Part shown: positions 12,301 through 27,300 of the stretch, one piece after another
Position numbering within the stretch: the first letter of the stretch is position 1
Layout: each line of letters begins with the position of its first letter
Program-made: the position numbers and the translations under genes
The notes under the pieces: generated by a model
Database searches by the model: none
Seen by the model: the letters and a program-made list of their open reading frames with translations, nothing else
Told to the model about the DNA's origin: nothing
Origin: Lama glama
Taxonomy: Eukaryota
Direction of reading: 5' to 3'
DNA: 64,000 nt
Assembly: GCA_028534125.1 (NCBI GenBank)
Contig: CM052816.1
Location: forward strand, 9,860,001 to 9,924,000

Positions 12301-15300
12301 ACCGGTTCTCAGCACAGAAACCAAGTGCATCCTCACCAGGTCCACGAGCTGGCCTGCTTGGGGATGATGATACTTACAACAGCTCAGCACACATCGCACA
12401 CTTATTGCCATGCGTCCTCCCATCAGGACCGAGAACTGGGTCATTTTCCCTTGTGCATCCAAGTCTTCCATCCTTCACATAAGGCCGAAAAGCACTACAT
12501 ACATCCTGAAGGACAGGGACAAGAACTTGACGTTTACCATCCTGATGGTAATGCTCACAACACTATTTGCAGAAATTTTATAGAACCCAGTGCCTGTCTG
12601 CCCAGTGCACACTAGCTACCCAGAGCGGTGCCAGCCATGCAGAAGTAGACCGGAAAGTACTGTATAATTCACATGGGTAAGTACAGAACTTATTTACTTG
12701 TTTACTCATTTATTAGTAGACCTGGATGACCTGTGATGCGCTAGAACAAAGGGAAATCAGTCCTTGCCCTCAACTTGCTCGCAATCTACTAGGCGATACA
12801 GACAAAGAGACATTTTAAATGCAATGTGCTAAATGTCTTGGTGGAGGGAACCTCGGGTGCTGTAGCTGTGTGTAGGAAGGGCAGCAAACCGTGACTTACG
12901 AAAATCATTCAGCTGGAAAAAAATCAAGTGTGACATGCATGAGACACTTCTTCCCTCCACCCCCCCGCAGCTGTCACAGGCTCACAGAATTTTAGCACAG
13001 AAAGAAGCTCTTTAATCCAAATCTCATTTTTAGATACGGAAACACCGGTACAGTGTAGTTAAGTAACTTGCCCAAGATCCTGACAGCAGTCGACAGTGCT
13101 GGGGTTTCAACTCAGGTGAAGTAACTGAAGTAGTTCCCTTCGCTCTACATGTGACGTTTCCCCTCCCCACCTCCTGCCCTTGCTTTTTTTTTTTTTTTTT
13201 TTTTTCATAGAAAGCAGAAATAGAACTGAAAAGTCTAACTACCAAAGTAACCTGCTCCAGTTTCAGGAACTATCATGCTCTTCATCTCAATAAGCAGTAT
13301 CTCATTCCAGGTACAGCAAGAATTACTTCTTTCCAAATGCCCCCATCAGAGAACAAAGAGGACAGCCTCTTCTTTCTCTTTGAAGTCGGCCCCTCCGATG
13401 TGTCCCCCCGCTTTGACACTCGTCCTCACCTGCTCTGGGTTACCGCTCTCACATTCTCCTTCTCTTTCTATGCCAACTTGGGATCTGGTTTTACTGGAAT
13501 TGAAAGTTAGTAGACACAGCAGTTTAATATCACAGAACTTCTCAAACTTCTCACCAAATGCAACTTTCCCCCATTGTATTGTGATTCTCCTTTGCTTCTG
13601 AGAACGGGTCGCACACTGCATTCTCTTCTTTACTTACTCTTTCTAATCAAAGACTGTATTTATAAATTACAAAGAAATGGAATCGTGTTGGAGAGCTAAT
13701 AAGATTCAGACCTGTAAATGTTATTTCCAGGTTTTTTCCCCCTGATTCCAGAGGGGACCCATAATCAGAAGAGCAGAAAAAGGTTAATCTTGTAACTAGA
13801 TATTAGTTACCTCCAAGGAATTTTGTTGCTGTCGGTGATGATTTTGTTTTAAATAATCCAACTCAAATCACAGTATCTAGCATAATGTTACACCATTCTT
13901 CATTTGGGTTATGCTATTTTGTTTTTCATGGAAAGTCCCTAAAGCCCTGTTTAATAATTGTCCAGTCTAATAGAGCTTTAAAGCACATGTGAAAACATTG
14001 AAGCATAAATATAAGATACACTTCCTACTCTCTAAAAAGCTGAGGCCACTTACAACTATAGCATCTGTATAACAATAAAAACACAATAAAAAAATGTAAT
14101 AAAAAACACTAGTTCAATGTGAGAAAAAAGTGGTATCAAAAGATAGCGGCTGCTATCACACAGTCTCCTAGCAGACCGAGCCAGGGAAGAAGCACAGCGA
14201 GCAGGGTGGCCGGCACTGTCTAACAAAAGGCATGTGCCAGAAATTGGGGGGGACAAACTTTCACCCGAATCAGAGGTTTGAATAACCCATCCCAGCATCC
14301 CCCACATAAAACGTGCTGAGAACTAAACATCCGGTGGACTCACCGTGGTGTTGCAAACACATGTCTCATAAAACCCTGTGTGTTCTTTCTGTGTCTATTT
14401 TTGTTTTCTGTTTATGTTGACCCTTGGCGAAAGCTGAAGACATAATTTTAGAGTGTATTTCTGAAAACGCAATCATGTGAGGATCCGAGTGACTTAATTC
14501 AGTTGTGCTTATGATAAGGAGGGATCAAGGCTGCAGAACCTTAAGACCAAATATTTATCATTATGTCTTATTAGCCTCCTCTAACAGTGCTGGTTATATT
14601 TGCATAAACTGAAGATCAGCCAATTCAAGACTGAGGTCATAAGCCAAACCTGCAAAGCAGGCATGCCATCTTGTTGGTTGAAGACAATTGATAACTAAGC
14701 CTGGCATTGAGGGTGAAGAAAGAACCAAATGATGATACAATGTAGGGCAGTGAGACGCTTTAGCAAAGTTGGAATAGACGGGAAGAATGTCGGTAGTAAT
14801 TCCCAATTACCTACTCTAATATTATAAATTACTGAGCATTTAATAAATAAGCATCATTTGACGATTAAATAATTCTCTGTGGAAAAGGATATATTCCCAA
14901 ACAGGTAGAGAGAAGATAGATACGTACATGTATACATGTATGAATATGTGTGTGTGTTATGTGCTTGTGTACAGATACAGATTTATCAGATGTCTGTCTA
15001 CTTCATGCAGTGATAACCATCTGATAGAATGCATGTAAATGTGCTTTGTAAGATATACAGTGTTACACCACATACATATATTTTCCTTTAGTAAAAAAAA
15101 AGTCATCCTAATGATTTATGGATGGCTAACTCCCACAAAACAGATTGTTATCCTAAAGATGTAAATGCGTCACGTAATTTCACAGAGAACATGCGTTAGG
15201 GAGAAAGGCTGCTTCAGAGAATACTCACGTGTTCTCAGCGCATAGCACACATCTGTTACTGTATGTTTTCCCATCTGTGCCACAAACAGGTGCATTATCA

Positions 15301-18300
15301 AGGGTACAGACAAAATACCCATTTCTTTCTTCTTTCTTGAAATCATCGCAATTCAACTGCAAGAGATATGATCAAGGAATATCCATATGTAAGAGAGAAA
15401 ATATTCCCTAGATACATAAATGAGTTAGTATTTTAAGCCCACAACAATATGTCACTAGAGGAGGAAAATATAAGAAGACCATAGTAATAATAAAGGCATG
15501 GATAATATAGTGTGGTCCAACAACAGAGACAGAAGTAGATTTCAGAAGAAAGGATTTCAGTGTCATTTCAGCCACTTGCTCTCTGGGTGAGGTAGGCCAA
15601 GTCACCTCCCTGAAACTTAGGATACTTTCTGTCGATCAAATCCTGCCTGCCTTCTCTACAGAGTAGTCATGAGCTCCAGCAGACAATGGATATGAAGGCT
15701 CTCTAAAACTATAAACTATAACAAAGTTTCTATCACTATAGATCAGAGCAGTAATCAAGAGCCAGATTGCTAGGTTCATAGTTCTAAATCTGCCACTTGC
15801 TAGCTGTGTGATTTGGGAAGCTACTTAACCACTCTGTGCTATCGTGTCCTCATCTGTACAGTGTATACACAGGTTTATACAGGGATTTAATGTATTCTCA
15901 GGATTATAAAGGGATTTAAATGTATTAATACACGTCTAGCTCTTAGAACAGTGCCCAGCACATCCTTCCCATTTCTTCTTGTTGCTATTGCCATTGTTGT
16001 TTTAAAGGTTTCCTCTACTGACCATCAGCCAATAAAAGGAAACCCTTTTTAGGCAGGATGGGAGAAATCCCCAAATCTCTGCTCTAATAACATGATGTAC
16101 ACATAGGGACAAACGTGTTTGGCGAGAAAAACAAGTGCACTCGGTAATAACTGAAGACTAGTGTCCGGATCTCAGATCTGCCACCCACTCACTTCACCTC
16201 TTTGAACCTCACTTTCCTCATGTGAAAAATGGGAATTCACACCCAGTCCACATTCCAGATTTGTGGTGAGGATGAAATGACTAGTTATGAAACATTACTG
16301 GGCAACTCATTACTGACATAAGCTAGCTATGGAAGATATAGAGTTAACTTGAATTTCATTTCTATCTAAAAGCAAAGAATATTATATCACATTGCAAAAC
16401 AAATGTTTTGATGTCATGATTGTCATGACAAAAATATTTTAATTATAGATACGAAAGACTTGGAAAATATGGACCTGAGACCTAAAGTGGCACACAACAG
16501 AGAATAAAACTAGGGCAGAAATAAATGTATAATGAGTTTGTGAACCAGATGATTACACTGAGGAACTCTCCTGGAAGACAATTAAACATTTTAGGAAAAA
16601 TGAATTAAACTCAAGAAGAAAATCTATAGAACATACCCCACTATTCATGTCATGTATTTAGGAAGAAGTTAAAAACCGAGTGAAAACAGGAAAGTAAAGG
16701 CCACGTGTGCCACCTCATCCAGTTGGGTGTTCATTTACTCCTCGAATCCATCGCACACTGACTAGACTCCAGGCATTCTACCAGACAGAGACCCTGACAC
16801 AGCAAAGAAGAGAAATGGGATACATATGCTAAGGGATTCACATTCTGATGGGAAGAGATAGACAATAATTACAAAAACTTATTAAATAATAAGTGCTATG
16901 AAAAATAAACTGAACAACACGATAGCACCTAGAAGGGTGGCTATTTTGAATATCATGTCAAGAAAGATCTTTCTGCAAATGCAACATTTGAGGTGAGATG
17001 ACATCAGTGAGGAAGAGCCAGGCATTAAATAGATCTGAGGGGAGAACGCTCCAGGCTTGGAGAACTGCAATTGCAAAGGATTTGTTGTGGGAACGAGATC
17101 GTCCTGTTCAAGGGGCAGAAATAAGGAAAAGCTGCTGATTTTCTCTCAAAAGTGATTTCTGGAGAAACTGCAGAAACATGGGGTTAGGGATGAAAGCAGC
17201 TGGGACAAGCATTCCTTTGCCCCTTCACCAGTGAAGTCAACAGCAGCATACCAGGTCACAGGTGTTGGCAGGGTGATGACAGGGCGGATCGGGAGCCCAG
17301 CTGGGAGGTGATGGGAACAGGTGCAAGCATTTACTCCTCCACCTCCTCCACCTCCTCCTCCAAACCCCAAGGGCTGGTGGGTCACAGCCTACTGAGAACA
17401 CCTCTTCCTGATGCTGACGTTTCTGAGAGCTTACAGATTAATTCCTGACCCGGTGAAGTGGCAGCAAACTGGAGTTGGCAACACTGGTTCTGGAACCTTC
17501 AGCTCTGGGCTTTGTCCCCTGTCCTCTCCTGACACTCACAAAAATGAGTAAGAAGAAAGGAGAGGCGACAAAATAATGCTCAATACACAGAATTCAGTCC
17601 ACAAGGCATCGTAAGTAACAAAGAAGGATAGTAAAGTAAAGGGAAGAACAAAGCATAATAATCATGAGCGTACACTCAATAACACAGGCTCTAAACACGT
17701 CAAACAGTAAGCAACAGAATGTAGTAGAATTACATAAATCAGGAACTGATATCAGAGGCACATGCTTCTCAGAAACTGATACATCACAGGGAACAAATTA
17801 AGATGCTTAATAAGCCATCAGATTTTTATAGAGAACTATATCCAAGAAACAGAAAATAAGATTTTTTTTAAGTAGTTCTAATATTTATCAGGCCACAAAG
17901 AAAAACCTTAGGAAATTCCAAAGGATCAGTGTCATGTGGCCTATGTTCTCTGGCCACAATTTAATAAAATTAAAAATTAAAAAAGAAAAAAGTACCACAT
18001 ATTTGAAAACCAAATAATATATTACAATTAAATAACTTTTGAGGGGGGAAAATTGAGAAATGTTTGGCAAAGAATGACAAATAAAAATACTCAAGTATCA
18101 ATCTTGAGATATATGGTCATTGATAACTTCAAATACCCTTTCATGAAATTTAAAATGTTAAAATTTAAAGAACTAAAGTATTGCCAATCCATTTATGAAT
18201 GGCAGAGCAAACAAATAAATGACATAAAGAACAAAAACAATAAAGGAGATTAATTTAAGAAAGCTAATGTTACAGTGCTTAGTATAACTGATAAAAGGGA

Positions 18301-21300
18301 AAGAGAAGATGAAACTTTTAAAATATATGCAGTGATGTTGAAAGTAACTGGATGAACACTGAGAAGTAAATACAATGAAAGCATATTATGAGTATCCATA
18401 TGCTAATACATCTGAAAACCACAATGGAGATGTGGTTACAAAAAAAGTATAAAATATCTGCTTTGGTGTAATGTGCAAGAGGAAAGTTAGAGAGATCAGT
18501 GAGTATTAATCAATTGATGTATTGGCCTGAGATATTCTCTCCTCAAAAATGCCCCGGTTCTAATTGCTTTAAAATCTATTTTTCTAAACTTTTAAGAAAA
18601 AAGAAAAAGTTGTATTGAAAAATAATAATTTACAAGTTATTCTAAAAGTTGAAGAATGTAAAAAAATTATCAACAGCTTTATTGAAGTTTTATTTACATA
18701 GCATAAAATTTACTAATTTTAAGTGTATAGATCAATGTTTTTTAGTAAATTTATGGAATTGTACAACCATCACTAAAACTCAATTTTAGAATATTTCCAT
18801 TGCCCTAAGAATTTTCATCGTGCCCATTCACAGTTAATCCCAGCTCCCAGCTCCAGCCTTAGGCAACTGCTGAACTTCCTCACTGTATAAATTTACCTAT
18901 TCATATAAATAGGATCATAAATATGTAATTGTTTGATTCTGGCTTCTTTCATTTTACATATTTTTGAGGTTCATCTATACAGTGTCTGTACTGCGTTCCT
19001 TTTTACTGCTGAATAACACTTAATTGTATAAATGTAGCTCATTTTGTCTATCCATTCACCAGCAGACATTTGAACATTTCGACTACTTCCAGTTTTGTAT
19101 TATTAAAAATAATGCTGCTATGAATATTTGCATGCCTGACTTTGTGTGGGCATAGGTTTTCACTCCACTGGGGCAGATTCCTAGGACTAAGTAACCTTTA
19201 GGGAAGGGGATTTGCTGACTTGCTTACTCAGCAACCAGCCTTAAGTGCCACCCCTCAGGGTTATTTTATTTTGATTCCCTAACCAGATAAGAATAATTAG
19301 AGAGGGAAAAGTATTGACTTATTTTACTTATGAAAATAGTTTCATATTTTATACATAAAATATTAACTATTCAAATTCGACAGTCTATTAAAAAATACAT
19401 TATGATTAAGTGTGATTTAACCTAAGAGAATAATTATGGTTTAACATTGGCAAGTTTATCAAGAAATGTATTACATTAATAGACTGAAAGAGAGGAATCA
19501 GAACATTATTTCAAGAGTTGAAGAGAAGGTCCTTGATAATTATGAACACATATTCAGAAGAATATGAACGAAAGGAATCTCCTAAACTTGCTAAAATTTA
19601 TAGAAAAAAAACCTATGTAAACATTATATTTAATGGAGATACTTTAAATATATTCCCTTTAATACAGAGGGAGAAAGGGCAGTTTGAATTTCATCATCAT
19701 CGCTACTGTTAAACTACTGAACTCTTCAAGCTTGCCAAAAATATAAGGAAAGAAAAAGAAAAAAAAGAAGTGATAAGATTGAAAGGGAAGTTCTAAAACT
19801 CATTATATGCAAATGATGTGATCAACTTTCAACAAAAAGACAAAAGAATTAATGGATAAACTATCAGAAGTAACACGATATCAAAAAAGTGTTTAATATA
19901 AGATCAACTTATAGAAATCAATAGAATTTGTCTATGCCAACAATAATCAGATAGAAATATCATAAACAACAAATGCCATACTCGAAGTAGCAGTAAAATT
20001 ATAAATTTTCTAGATACTAGCAAAACATAAAAATCCCTGTGAAGAATATTCACAGATTTCATAAAATACACAAAAATTATATGAATTAATAAGATATTCT
20101 TTGACTTGTACAAGTTACTATTATGAAAAGTCAGTTTTACCCTAATTTATAACTTCTTTGTAGCCCTAACCACAATAGGTTCCCAAAATCAAGTTGGATT
20201 TTTCATAAACTCAGTTAACTTTCTATTTCAAATACATATGTGGAAAAATATTTATGCATAGGTAAGTCAACTTTGAAAAACTGAACTAAGAAAGGGGATT
20301 TATCTTATTGGTTATTAAAGAAATAAACTAATATGAACAGACTAGGGAACTTAGAAACACATACATACACTCTATGAACTTAATATTCTGCAAAGTTGGC
20401 AACCTAAATCAATGAGAATGTATTGATCAATTAAAAAACAAAAGTTCTCCATAGACCAGAGGTGTTAGAGATTAGAAATTATGGAGGATTTCAGGAGACT
20501 GGGGTAGAAATGGAAACCGTGAAAAGGAGTTGCATTGGAATATACACTTATATGTGGAATCTTAAAAAAAAAAAAAGAACTTATTTACAAAGCAGAAACA
20601 GACACACTGACATAGAAAACAAACATGGTTATTGGGGGGAAAGGGAGTAGGAAAGAATAAATTGAGAGTTCAAGATTTGCAGATACTAAGTCCGATATAT
20701 AAAATAGATAAACAACAAGTTCCTACTATATAGCATAGGGAACTATATTCAATATCTTGTAGTGTAGAATGAAAAAGAATATGAAAATGAATATGTGTAT
20801 GTATATGCATGACTGAAATATTATGCTCTACACGAGAAATTAACACATTGTAAACTGACTACTCTTCCAATAAAAAATTAAAAAAAAAATTTTTAAAGAC
20901 TCGTAGGTGGATTGGATATCAGAGTTGTAAGGTTAAAGAATGACATACATACTAATGAAGAATAAATTAATGATGCAAGAGAGAGAGATGTCTGTAGGAG
21001 GAAAATTCTTGAACACACAGAGCATCTTACTCTGAGAGTAAGAGGCAAGGTTACATTTTGATGGGAGAAATCTAAGCAGAGAAAGCAGGTAGATTGTTCT
21101 CTTTTACAGTAAAAAGAAAAATGACAACAAAAACAAAGTGTAATTGCATTAATCCATTCAAACACAGACGATGAAAAACCTAAACAGAGATTTCTTGAAG
21201 GCACACAGCCAAATGTTAACTGCCTTAATTTGTAAGGAAGTAGTTTCCTAGGTAGCAAGACATGTAACCATAAGAACTTGATCTAGAGGCCAAAGTGATA

Positions 21301-24300
21301 ATTCAGGCATAAAATAGTAACAGAGGAGTATACTGTTCAAATTCTGTAACTATTTCTTAAAAAATCCTATTTGATTAAAATTCAATAAATGTGTGTCTAC
21401 GTATGAAAACTTACCACTAGTAATATTTCAAAATAGCAGGTTTGTTAAGACTGGGGAGGGTGTTTTAGGGGGGTTTTGTTTGTCTTCTCTTATATTTTAT
21501 ATTTTAAACACCATTGATATATCAGTTTTTCATGAAGAAAAAAAGAGGAAGAGGAAGAAGAGGACAAGAAGGAAGAGGAGGAGGAGAGGAAGGAGAATGG
21601 ATTTTACAGAATAAGCCTCTCTCTAAATGTGACAAAGAAAGGTAGATTTTAAAGATTCCTAGTAACCTTTCTGACCCCCACAGATCTGGGGAGCATAGAA
21701 GCAGCTTCATCTTGCTCAAAGAATTTGTGGTTATTGACCAGTTGAGGTGGGGACTGTGTCACTGTTTTAACAGTGAGACTGGTTGAGCCCAGGCAAAACC
21801 TTGGGCTGACCAGGTCAACTGCTGAGGCTGAGGTTCTCAGACATTCCTGAGTAACACCAAGGAAGATGGAAGCTTGGTTAGATCAGAAATATTAAAGTAA
21901 CTTGGGTGTGCCTGCCCTGACTGATCATTTTAATTATGCGTCAGAGGCAGGAGAGGAGGAAGAGAAAGAAAATACTGGAGAAGCAGCCACACAGGCCATC
22001 AGGAGTAATATGAGCAGTTGTCAGGGTACCTGGTGACAGCCCCAGCTCTGTCAGAACTTACTGTGAGATGTTGTAGGCTAGAGATTTCTCCCAATCTTAG
22101 CCTAGAATTTTTTATTTTTGTATAAATACAAAATAATTTATAAAGGGAAATGGTTGTGTGATGGTTACATCTGGGCAGTTTTCTTTCATTTTATTTAATT
22201 TTTAAGTAAAAAATATTTTAACCATAGAACAGTATTTCTCAAATATTAGCCTTAATCCCAGTTTGCAAAATCGATATAAACAAGCAAGGCTCCTTGAACT
22301 AGGGGAAACCTCCGAGTCTTAGAAAATATGTTCAGAAGGAAGAAACAGAGGAAAACAGGGAGTAAAATGAGTCAAATGCCTGCTAACACTTGTTAAATAC
22401 TGGAGCTAAACTTAGTGTCTCATTTGAGCCACATCCATTTCACAGGTGAAAAAACTGAGACCCAGAGATACATAAATTGTCCAGGTGAAGTAGACACTAA
22501 ATAAAAATTCTGAGATTGGAACTTAGTTTCAGTCCCATGAAGGCTCTTGTTGGAGCTAAGGCAGGACAGAAGGAATGAGAAAAGGCCGAGGAGGGCAGAC
22601 ATCCCTGGCTCGCTCCACCTCTCAGCACCTGTCAGTGCCCAGGATGTTTTCAGAGAGTTGGGTCATGGGTTGGGCCTTGGACGAGCTGTACGAGATATTT
22701 AGCCCACCCCTGGACTAAGCCATGTTCCCTCCCTGCTAAGTAGCCGGCTGCACAACAAGTGTGACCTAGTAATTAGGAAATAAACAGATCTAAGTAGAGT
22801 CGAACATAACCTCCAAAGCAAATATGACAGGCTGACTCCAAACAGCCTCACCTTTGCTGGGGCAGGAGCAGTGGTGGCTCTTGCTAAACGCCTGGCCCTC
22901 CTCTGCAATTTTGCTTCTTTTTCCCTGGAAGACAGCAAGGAATAAAATAGCTTAGACATGCTTGCCCAGCTTTTAGGGATAACAGTATATGTGGTAAACT
23001 TAATTTTGACTCTTCTCCTCAGCCCAGTCTAGCTTGTCAGGGGTGGAAGTATGTCCAGAAATGACCGCAGGTACCGCAAATCTCTCCTCGGCACCAAAAC
23101 GTCTCAAGTGTGGTTCTACTGAAGGCACGAGTCTCTACAGTTAACCACACAACAGGCTGCCCACCTTAAATACTTCCAACATCCAGGGAGTCACCAATTC
23201 TAAAAGCCATTTGTGCCATTTGTGCCATTTGTGGAATGCTGACTTTGCAAGACCATATTTATATTGAGACGAAATCTACCTGCCTGCCTTGATCTTGGCT
23301 CCAACCTCTAAGGACCCACAGAGCAAAATCAGCAATTTAAGGACAACTTTAATGCCTCACACAGCCTCCTTCTTTCAAGGTTAAGAAGCCAAGTTTATCC
23401 CAATATAACTTAACTAAGTAATCAAAATAATAATTGAGTGAGTGACTTCAATGTGATAAATAACCTGCCTTGTATGTCTTAAGGTACTTTATTTTTGTTT
23501 CCAATTATTTTTCAGTAAATTTATTATATTCATTGTTTTGGTCTCCTATCAAAACATCCTGTGTTACAAGGAGGAAACTTTTCAGTAAAGAATACACCTG
23601 CTGGTTTACGTTCAGCCCTCAAGACACTAAGAAAGGACTGTTCACCCGCCCTGGGAGTCCCCCCTCCCTAAAGCTGCCCTGTTTTCCTTCATCTTCTTTC
23701 AGTCTCTTCACCAGAAGCAGCACATGTGATCAGGGCTTCATTATCCCAACATTATTGACTAGGTCATATTAAATCCCTTGACACATTACCAACTTGGCAT
23801 TTTAAAAGCTAATTATAAAATAATTATCTTAAATGGGTAAGCTTCCTCTTGGCTTGGTACCAGTGTGGAAGATTTGATAGTGGTCAGAAACCAAGAATGA
23901 ACTCCCTGCTCAAAAACAAATGAGGTCACTTTGATTTGAGGATTTGTAATTGATAATTCAGGCTTCTTCTATCTTTGCGGTGTCACTGGAGAGAAGAAAA
24001 TCAAATTAAGAAGCATTGCAAAGACGTCAGTAAACTTCCAGGATACTAATTCTTTCTGAGCTGCAGGGAGTATTCAGCCACAATTCATTCTTTGGTCCAT
24101 CTCATGCTAGCATAATCCTAGATGTCTGAGGACACTGGCAGTTTACGGAGTCAGGGTGGGGTGTGTCCTGGTTAGCTGCCACAGCACAGTTTGGCATCAT
24201 CCTTGAGGGGCATTTTTTTCAGGGCCTAGGGTACAACAGAGTCAGGTCTTAACAGGCCCAAGAATTCTTTTTTCCAATCTGAGAAAAACTCAAGTTGGAA

Positions 24301-27300
24301 ATGCATCCTCGAAAGACTGTTAAGTGCTACATAGGGCACTGATACTGGGCCCTCTGGGATGTTTTGGAATACCATGAGTGATTATTAAGATCTTTCCAGT
24401 GGGGTCACACTTGATTTTTATTTACTCATTTAAATTCAGAAATATATATTTGACAGAAAATGAAAATAATACATTTATTAGTTTGGAGAATAGCTGGTAA
24501 CTCAAAACACTTGATAGAAAGATAAATTTTACTCACAATCTCATTTTGCACATGGCACATTTGTTGATAAACATTTTTCCATCAGGGCTTTGAAAAAGTT
24601 TTTTATCTTGGAAACAGAACAATTTTCCATTTTTCATCAATGCTCGATATTCATTGCAAATTTCCTAAGGAAAAGATGAAAAAAGTGTTTACTGAAACCT
24701 CATCAAAGCAAGACTTCACCTTCTGAGAACAATAGTATTTCATGACCACTATCCCCTTTGTATGGAAGGCATTCACTCAATTATACAAATAATACAAGCA
24801 GAAATAATGACTCTGGATTGTCTGTTGGAGATTGAAAATTTACCTAAAAGCATTTATCTAAAACCATTAGTGAAATGGAAAGAACAAGGGGCTTGGAGGC
24901 AAAAGACCCGAGCATGTTTCCCAGAGTTCTCATTTATAAGCCCAAAAGCCATAGCAAAGTGACTTCTCAAAGGCTCACTTACCTTATCTGTAAAAATAGA
25001 GGATTTAAGTATACATGTTTCCTAAGTTTTGTGAGGATTAAATGTCATAAGCATGTGAAACCCTCAAAGGCTGTCTGATACATGGTAGATATTCAGTAAT
25101 TAGATTCTCCACCTCTCCTCTTCCTCCTGTTTTATTGTGGTTGCCATTATTATTATTGGAATATGCTAGGATGACTTATATAAAATACCTAGCACACAGC
25201 AGTTCAATAATAATTGCCATAAAACGGTATATGAAAAGATTGCTGAAAAGGTTAATGCAATATATTTAATGAAGGCCTGCTATATGTCACTCACTCACTT
25301 TTTTCTAGGAGCTTAATATCAGTGATGCATTTGCACTACCTAGTAAAGTACTAATTTAAAATCTTACAGTACCTATTATTTAGGAAATCCGTTGGTCCTT
25401 TAAAGCCTTTGGAATCTGTGTTTTTTGATTTTTTGGTATATTTTGACTTTGGGCGGGGGGGAAGCTTCATGATCCTTATACCAAAAAAAATAATGAAGTC
25501 TTTGCTCCAACTCTGACAAATGCAACCCCTTTCAAAGGACTGATTATAGAATTGTATTCAGCCTCCTATATGATAGTCACTCAATTGGTCAACAAATGCT
25601 TATTATTTTAAGGCTACTACACTTTGCTACATGCCATGGATATAGCAGTAAACAAGGCAGAAGAACCCCGTCCTCAATGGTGCTTACCATCTAATGGATA
25701 ACAATGAACCGAACCTAGCACTGCATACAGGGGAGGCAGTTGGTAGCAGCTGCGGAATGAATGGTAAAGCAAAATAAATAATTTCAGAGATCAGCCCTGA
25801 GAAACTTCGCTAAGGGTGACCTATTAAAATACCTCTAAAATTATTATCACCTCCCAGTGATCTTATCTGAGTAATGCAGCAACAATTTCTGGCACCAGAC
25901 TGGCAACTGGGCTTCTTGAGACCTGTGTCTGATCTCTGATTCTGTAGTATCAATACTGCAAGTTACTGCTTAGCTTGCCGGATATAACTAATTCTATAAA
26001 GTCTAGGTAAAACTTCGTTATAGAAACAGAGAAAAGCCTAGCGTCTTTGTAATAGAAATACATCCCTTGTAAGGTAGGTCTTAAAGTACTGAAAACAAAG
26101 ATTCATAGGAGGAAGTTGTAAATAGTTTTTAGTAGTCAACTTAAAAAGGACATTATCAGTCAAGATAATTCCTGAACTGGATTTCTCCAATGTCACAATC
26201 AGATAAGCACCTAAATCCTAGAAAGACCCACTTTTTTTTTTTCTAGCAGAAAACCAAGTCCCAGAGAGGAGGTTAAAAAACTTGTTGACAGTTTTGCAAT
26301 TAGTGAAGATGGAACTTAGTGCTCCTTTCCCGAGTTGGGAAGTTACCCAGCGTATCCTCTGGGGACACAGGAAGAGGCCATAGAAACTGAAAGCAGCACT
26401 TGGGTTTTTCTCTGGGAAACAAGAAAGGTCCCCCCAGTGACCATAACAGAGGGGGCTGAGACAGGAGCGGGTCCAGACCATAACAGAATCCTGAGGTGGG
26501 GAGGTGACTTTTCAGCAACTGTTTATTTTCAATCTAACGCCCAGACTTTGGCACATTTTGGTTTTGAGATAGTTGCTCTTTGTGTTTTCTCCACAAGTCT
26601 CAGGAAAACAGGCGCCCTCTAGAGCTAAGCTCTTTCTGTTTTCCTTCACTGGCTGTGACACAGCTCGTTGTCTTCCATTGGTCCTCCCCGGGCATCATAA
26701 TAAAACCCCCCAGGAGCTGGCATCACCCCTGCTCTGTGTTAGAGCACTAACAAGGTTGTTTTAGCTTCATAACAACTCTTCTCTAATGACTAATTTAAGC
26801 CTATGGTAAAGATCCTTGCAGATTACTGCAGTGCTCTTCTGCACTGTCCTGGCTCATGTTTATAAGGTAGCAGGAAGAACTCAAGCTCCTGCACTTGGAA
26901 AATAAAAATCCTACCCCCATAAGAAAGACTAAATCAATAGTTTTCATTTCTGACAAAATATCCAAGGACTATCATCAACATATTTCAGATACTTAATCAC
27001 TTTTTGTATTCTTCCTGCTTATGCCATTGTAAGAGTTGGCTAAATTTATGTTCTGAAAATGTTTTTCAGTGAAAAAAGTTTCAGGGTTTAATAGGATGAA
27101 AAGTATCAATGCAAAATTTGAAATATCCGCTGGAAACTACCACCCATTATTAGAGACTCTGTCAAAGAAAATTACGACTTCATGCACAGTGAGATTTACA
27201 CTATTTTCTTTTTCCAGTATAAAACATCCAAATGAGCATGCTCTTAGATTCCCCCAAATCCAGTCTTTTTTCCTTCTCTACTATAGCACTCCACTTATGC

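Noticed and set aside
170..15356. Repeated ~128-bp units as a CRISPR-like or novel repeat array
   Set aside because: They are the paralogous domain exons of LEKTI, a known architecture in a vertebrate gene.
17146..17385. Poly-Gly ORF on the gene strand
   Set aside because: It is explained by a (CCT/CCA) simple repeat; no convincing splice sites or homology.
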